Source of the DNA: Eledone cirrhosa
Taxonomy: Eukaryota
Length of the DNA stretch: 64,000 bases
Reading direction: 5' to 3'
Assembly: GCA_964016885.1 (NCBI GenBank)
Contig: OZ024754.1
Span: 2,418,001 to 2,482,000, forward strand
The position numbers and the translations under genes are program-made. Numbering within the stretch: position 1 is the first letter of the stretch; each line of letters starts with the position of its first letter. The notes beneath the pieces were generated by a model, which ran no database searches, had not been told where the DNA came from, and was given only the letters and a program-made list of their open reading frames with translations. This document shows positions 58,473 to 64,000 of the stretch, one piece after another.

Positions 58473-58880
58473 TCCAGGTACGAAAGGAACAAGAAAAAGA
58501 AACGACCACCCCGCAAACATGTTCAGGTAATTCCAGGTACGAAACGAACAAGAAAAAGAAACGACCACCCATCAAACATGTTCAGTTAAGTCCAGGTACG
58601 AAAGGAACAAGAAAAAGAAACGACCACCCATCAAACATGTTCAGTTAAGTCCAGGTACGAAAGGAACAAGAAAAAGAAACGACCACCCATCAAACATGTT
58701 CAGTTAAGTCCAGGTACGAAAGGAACAAGAAAAAGAAACGACCACCCATCAAACATGTTCAGTTAAGTCCAGGTACGAAAGGAACAAGAAAAAGAAACGA
58801 CCACCCATCAAACATGTTCAGTTAAGTCCAGGTACGAAAGGAACAAGAAAAAGAAACGACCACCCATCAAACATGTTCAG
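58473..58880 (+). repeat. 59-bp tandem repeat, 7 copies
   Basis: The unit tccaggtacgaaaggaacaagaaaaagaaacgaccacccatcaaacatgttcagttaag starts at 58473, 58532, 58591, 58650, 58709, 58768 and 58827. Copies are nearly identical. Confidence 0.95.
58478..58526 (+). CDS. Candidate 49-nt exon, YERNKKKKRPPRKHVQ (first unit of a tandem array)
   Basis: A strong polypyrimidine tract and acceptor (ttttgtcttttatttccatacttccag) precede an open frame (phase 2 to 0) and the donor CAG|gtaatt. No neighbouring exons were identified. Confidence 0.4.
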
Positions 58881-59087
58881 GTGAGGAAAGTATTCCCTCT
58901 ATTGCGTTTATTTCAGTTCTATTCTTTATTGGATATTGGCCTTTCCTTGGATGTTGTTGTTGTTCTTCTTGTTGTTGTTGTTGTTCTTGTTGTTGTTGTT
59001 CTTGTTGGTGGTGGTAGTAGTGTAGTAGTGATAGTAGTGGTGGTAGCAATATTAACAACAACAACAGCAGCAGATCATATCTCTACT

Positions 59088-59350
59088 AATAATTGTTTCT
59101 ACTTTAGGCACAAGGCCAGCAATTACCCAGTGCATTACTGGTACTTTATTTTATCAACCCCGTAAGGATGAAAGGCAAAGTCAACCTCGGCGGGATTTGA
59201 ACTCAGACCGTAAAGGGACGTAACTATGCTGGAAAGCATGGCGTCCGACCCTCCACCGATACTGCCAATCTCTACTAATAATACAATATTAAAGTACCAG
59301 TAATGTACTGGTTAATTGCTGGCCTTGTGCCAAAAGTAGAAACAATTATT
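59088..59350. mobile_element. Full SINE (minus, 59088-59270) plus an inverted tail fragment (plus, 59290-59350)
   Basis: Direct sequence match to the family consensus seen elsewhere in the window. Confidence 0.85.
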
Positions 59351-59577
59351 GTCGTATTTAACTTCATCGCTGTTATTGAAGCTTACATTGTTGAAACTGC
59401 TGCTGCTGGTGCTGCTGCTGCTTTAAATTGTGGTGATGATGATGATGATGATGTTCTGATGGTGATATTGATGATGATGATGATGATGATATCTATAATG
59501 ATGATGTTGGTGATGTTGTTTCTAATCATCGTCATTTCTTTAAAGGAATGCTGAAATAAACAAATTGATAGCGAAAG

Positions 59578-59671
<94 letters not shown>

Positions 59672-59808
59672 AGAGAGCGAGAGGGAGAGAGAGAGATAGA
59701 GAGAGAGAAAGACAGTGTGTGTGTGTGACAGAGAGATAGATAGATAGAGAGAGAGAAAAAGAAAGACATTGTGTGTGTGTGAGTGAGCGAGAGAAAGACT
59801 ATGTGTGA

Positions 59809-59852
<44 letters not shown>

Positions 59853-59937
59853 GAGAGAAAGAGAGAGCGAGAAATACAGTGAATGTGTGTGAGAAAGAGA
59901 CAAAGAGAGTGTGTGAGAGAGTGAGAGAGAACGACAG

Positions 59938-59995
<58 letters not shown>

Positions 59996-60187
59996 GGAGA
60001 GAATCATATTGATGTTATCTCAAGTATAGCAATGATGAAATGCTGTTTATTTGATGATAACTGATGAAGAAGATAGCAATAATTGGACAGTATCTTTAAA
60101 TTGAAGTCCTATTTAATGACACATCATTTCTACTGTCACGTTTTCATTTTTTCCTCTTACCATATTCAATATCATCTAATTATCATT

Positions 60188-60605
60188 TGGTAGAGGGTCG
60201 GACGCCATGCTTTGCAGCATAGAGTTACGTCTCTTTACGTTCTGAGTGCGAATCCCGCCGTGGTTAACGTTGCCTTTCATCCTTACGGAGTCGATAAAAT
60301 AAAGTACCAGTAATACGCTGGGGTAATTGCTGGCTTTGTGCTAAAAGTATAAACAATTATTATTATTATTATTATTATTATTAGGGTGGTGGATTGGCAG
60401 TATCGGTAGAGCGTCAGACATCATGTTTAGCAGCATAGAGTTATGACCCTTTACGTTCTGAGTTCAAATCCTGTCGATGTTAACTTTGCCTTTCATCCTT
60501 ACGGGGTCGATAAAATAAAATACCAGTAATGTACTGAGGTCGATTTAATCAACCTTCCCCTCCCCCAAAAATTGTTGGCCTTGTACCTATAGTAGAAACA
60601 ATTTT
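60188..60605 (+). mobile_element. Two tandem SINE copies (short-tail then long-tail variant)
   Basis: 60188-60360 and 60384-60605 are separated by (ATT)n. Confidence 0.85.
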
Positions 60606-60959
60606 TATTATCGTATCATTATTATAGGATTGGTAGAGCGTCGGACAATATGCTTTGCGCTATAGATTTACGTCCCTTTTCTTAATTCATGCTACGCTCT
60701 AGCCCCAAGCTGTTTAGTATAGAATACTTTAATAGATGGGAAGAAGGTTCAATCACCGTTTAAGGTAAAGATAAAGTCCTGGTACGGTATAGGGAAGATA
60801 CGAGCTTCGATTCCTCGTAAGTTCCGTGTTTTTCTGACACTAAAGATAATTTACTATTTTTTATTTAGTTATTATTTGTAATAATCTATTGTTATTACAG
60901 TTATTTCTGCCTTTGGGATCCTCACATTTCCAAATTTTCAATAATAATAATAATAATAA

Positions 60960-61146
60960 TAATTGTTTCTACGTTTGGCACAAGGCCAGCAATTACCCAG
61001 TGCATTACTGGTACTTTATTTTATCGACCCCGTAAGGATGAAAGGCAAAGTCAACCTCGGCGGGATTTGAACTCAGATCGTAAAGGGACGTAACTCTATG
61101 CGTCAAAGCATGGCGTCCGATCCTCTACCGATACTGCCAATCCACC
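60960..61146 (-). mobile_element. Full SINE
   Basis: It is the reverse complement of the consensus, with an (AAT)n tail. Confidence 0.9.
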
Positions 61147-61188
61147 ATAATAATAATTGTTTCTACTTTTGGCACAAGAATAATAATG

Positions 61189-61566
61189 CTTTCTTTATTA
61201 ACCACAAGGGTTTACACAAAGTAGACATTAAGGACAGTACAGGACAATACAGGGCGGTACAAATGGGCATTTCTGCGTGTAAAAAAACAAAAAAACAGAG
61301 GATGTAATAATAGAACAATGAAAAAATTCCCCAATAGGGGGGAGACTTCCGAGGGACATTCGTGGAGAAAGCCCATTAAAAAGTCACAGTGACCCTGACC
61401 ACCAGGGCAAGTGCTCTCTCCCAGTTTTCCACCTTTAATTTACAGACACATACTCAGAGTAGGCCCACTCACTCGGGCCATTCTTGCCTCTCTCACCCAT
61501 CTTTCAACAAAATGCTGGGAAGAGAGCACTTCCCTCTCTACCCTGATTTTCCTTTTCAAATGAAAA
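61189..61566 (-). mobile_element. Tx1/L1-like LINE 3' end (ORF2 C-terminus and 3' UTR)
   Basis: The minus strand gives FHLKRKIRVEREVLSSQHFVERWVREARMARVSGPTLSMCL*, then a UTR ending AATAAAG and (ATT)n. The direct repeat aagaataataatg at 61176-61188 and 61565-61577 may be a target-site duplication (TSD). Confidence 0.65.
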
Positions 61567-61589
61567 GAATAATAATGATTTATTATATA

Positions 61590-61781
61590 GACACAAGGCC
61601 AGTAATTTGGGGGGAGGGGAAAGTCGATTAAATCGATCCCAGTGCGTGACTGGTATTTTATTTTATCGAACCCGTAAGGATGAAAGGCAAAGTTAACATC
61701 GACGGCATTTGAACTCAGATTATAAAGGGACGCAACTCTGTACTGGAAAGCATGGCGTCCGACCCTCTACCGATACTGCCA
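61590..61781 (-). mobile_element. SINE, long-tail variant
   Basis: It is the reverse complement of the consensus and includes aagtcgattaaatcga. Confidence 0.85.
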
Positions 61782-62497
61782 AATAATAATGACAACAAAA
61801 ATTAAAAAAAAACTTTTTTTTTAATTTAAAAAAAAGGTGTGGAGGTGGGGCAGAAAGAAACGAAGAATGTAGAATGAAACCAAAGTTAGATCAAAAAGTG
61901 AAAGCTTAATTGAAAAAAAATAAATAAAACGATGAAGAAGAAGAAGCAGAGGAAGAAAGGAATGAGGAGATTACTGTCTGAGACGAAAGCTAGATGGCGC
62001 TAGAGTCTAAAATTTAAGCAGAATAATCTACTGTAATTTAGTTAAGATGTCATATTGTTTCTGCTAATCTTTTTCTTATTATCTTCTGATCATTTCCAAG
62101 GTTTTGTGTTCTAAACTGTTCTCTTTTTTAAATTATTGAAATTGATATTACTGTTGCAGTTTTCATTCCTAATTTTGCCTTAAAAAATAATAAAGAAAAG
62201 GAATTTAAAAAAAAAATAGTAATCCAAAGTTTTATTTTATTTTATTTTACTTTCTCCATTTTTTTACATTTCCTTAATTTCTTTCTTTCTTTCTTTCTTT
62301 CTTTCTTACTTTCTTCTTCTTCTTAGTTGTTTTCTTCTTCTTCTTCTTCGTTGTTTTCTTCTTCTTCTTCTTCTTCTTCTTCTTCTTCTCCTCCACCTTC
62401 TACCGTGTGTTCTATACGTGTATATTATAACACCTTTTTCAACGATTCACTACAATTTACAGCCATCATTATGACATCTTATGACACCACCATTACA

Positions 62498-62952
62498 CGG
62501 TAGATTGGCAGTATCGGTAGAGCGTCGGACACCATGCTTTGCAGCATAGAGTTACCGCCCTTAATGGTCTGAGTTCAAATCCCGCCGAGGGTAACTTTGC
62601 CTTTCATCCTTACGGGGTCGATAAAATAAAGTACCAGTAATGCACTGGGATAATTGCTGGGCTTGGGCCAAAAGTAGAAACATTTATTATCATCGTCATT
62701 ATCATCATCATCGTCATCATCATCATTATCGTCATTATTGTCATCATCATCATATCATTACCTTCATCATTATTGTCATCGGTAGAGGGTCGGACGCCAT
62801 GCTTTGACGCATAGAGTTACGGCCCTTGCCATTCTGAGTTCAAATCCCGCCGAGGTCAACTTTGCCTTTCATCCTTACGGGGTCGATAAAATAAAGTACC
62901 AGTAATACACTGGGTAATTGCTGGCCTTGTGCCAAAAGTAGAAACAATTATT
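62498..62952 (+). mobile_element. Two SINE copies separated by (ATC)n
   Basis: Copies lie at 62498-62690 and 62778-62952. Confidence 0.9.
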
Positions 62953-63196
62953 GTCATCAAAATCATCAATAACATCATCCTAGATAACACCATCCTCACT
63001 ACAACCATAAAGATTATTGCCCACTATCAAAACCATCATCACCCCCAGCATCACTAGCACCACCATCATCACCCCAGCATCAGTAGTACCACCATCAGCA
63101 TCAAATGCCTAAATCAGAAACCATTATGATACAATACTTGACAAGGTTTCAGTTTATTTGATGGCCTTCCATCTTTCGTCTAGACAATTCTACTCA

Positions 63197-63462
63197 GAAG
63201 GGCTCTGCCAGCCAGAAGCTGTGATAGTAAACACTTGTTGGAGTTGCTACCCTGTTGACTCAAGTGAAGGGCTCTGCCCGCCAGAGGCTATGATAGTAAA
63301 CACTTGTTGGAGTTGCTACCCTGTTGACTCAAGTGAAGGGCTCTGCCTGCCAGAGGCTATGATAGTAAACACTTGTTGGAGTTGCTACCCTGTTGACTCC
63401 AGTGAAGGGCTCTGCCAGCCAGAGGCTATGATAGTAAATACTCGGTGGAGTTGCTACCCTGT
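63197..63462. repeat. 69-bp tandem repeat (about 4 copies) inside an old SINE relic
   Basis: Units of the form gaagggctctgccagccagaggctatgatagtaaacacttgttggagttgctaccctgttgactcaagt start at 63197, 63266, 63335 and 63404. Confidence 0.9.
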
Positions 63463-64000
63463 CGAATCGAGCTCTTATGATTCAGAAGGGAACTTTTTAA
63501 CCACTTAGACATATGTGAGAATACATTCATCCTCATCACCATAATCACAACAAGCACCCCCACCATCATTATCACTACCGTCGTCTCCTCCCCGTCGTCC
63601 TCCTCCATAACCTCCCCGCTCCTCCTACTGTTCCTCATCACCTTCATCATCATTACCATCATCATTATCACCAACATCATCATCATTATCACTACCATCC
63701 TCCTCATCCCATTAGATGTGTAGAGATGCGTGTGAATATGTGTACTTATTATGTGCCTATGTATATATTAGAGTGTGTGACGGTGTGTGACTGTGTGTGA
63801 CTGTGTGTGACTGTGTGTGACTGTGTGTGACGGTGTGTGACTGAGTGTGACTGAGTGTGACTGTATGTGACCGTGTGTGACCGTATGTGATTGTGTGTGA
63901 CTGTCTGTGTATGTGTGTGTCTGTGTGTCTGTGTGTGACTGTATGTGACTGTGTGTGACTGTATGTGACTGTGTGTGTCTGTGTGTGGCTGTGTATGACT

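Noticed and set aside
58473-58880. CRISPR-like regular repeat
   Set aside because: The units are contiguous with no unique spacers, the context is eukaryotic, and there are no cas genes.

Overview
This is eukaryotic, very AT-rich and microsatellite-saturated DNA, with (TA)n, (CA)n, (GA)n and (TATG)n tracts throughout. The dominant tRNA-headed SINE and the LINE remnants resemble repeats I recognise from octopod cephalopod genomes; that taxon call is an inference. Almost all ORFs in the supplied track are microsatellite translation artefacts (YI/CV/SL/HT runs). Real content is: (1) about 20 copies or fragments of one tRNA-derived SINE, plus older SINE relics; (2) LINE fragments from the R4/Dong-like RLE, RTE, Tx1/L1-like and CR1/L2-like groups; (3) at least five families of Penelope-like (PLE) fragments bounded by microsatellites. 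Four of these families carry complete minimal type I hammerhead ribozyme motifs, including a U3-A8 core variant. The fifth is a palindromic family that carries only the GAAA...UC half of a hammerhead on both strands and folds back in stem II. (4) Two phase-compatible candidate 3' coding exons of an unidentified minus-strand gene (28795-28836, 23995-24091) with a repeat-poor putative 3' UTR; (5) a plus-strand candidate exon amplified 7 times as a 59-bp tandem array; (6) a fold-back element with two convergent tRNA-like Pol III units. No prokaryotic features, CRISPR, rRNA or intact tRNA genes were seen. All calls were made by eye, and repeat boundaries are approximate.
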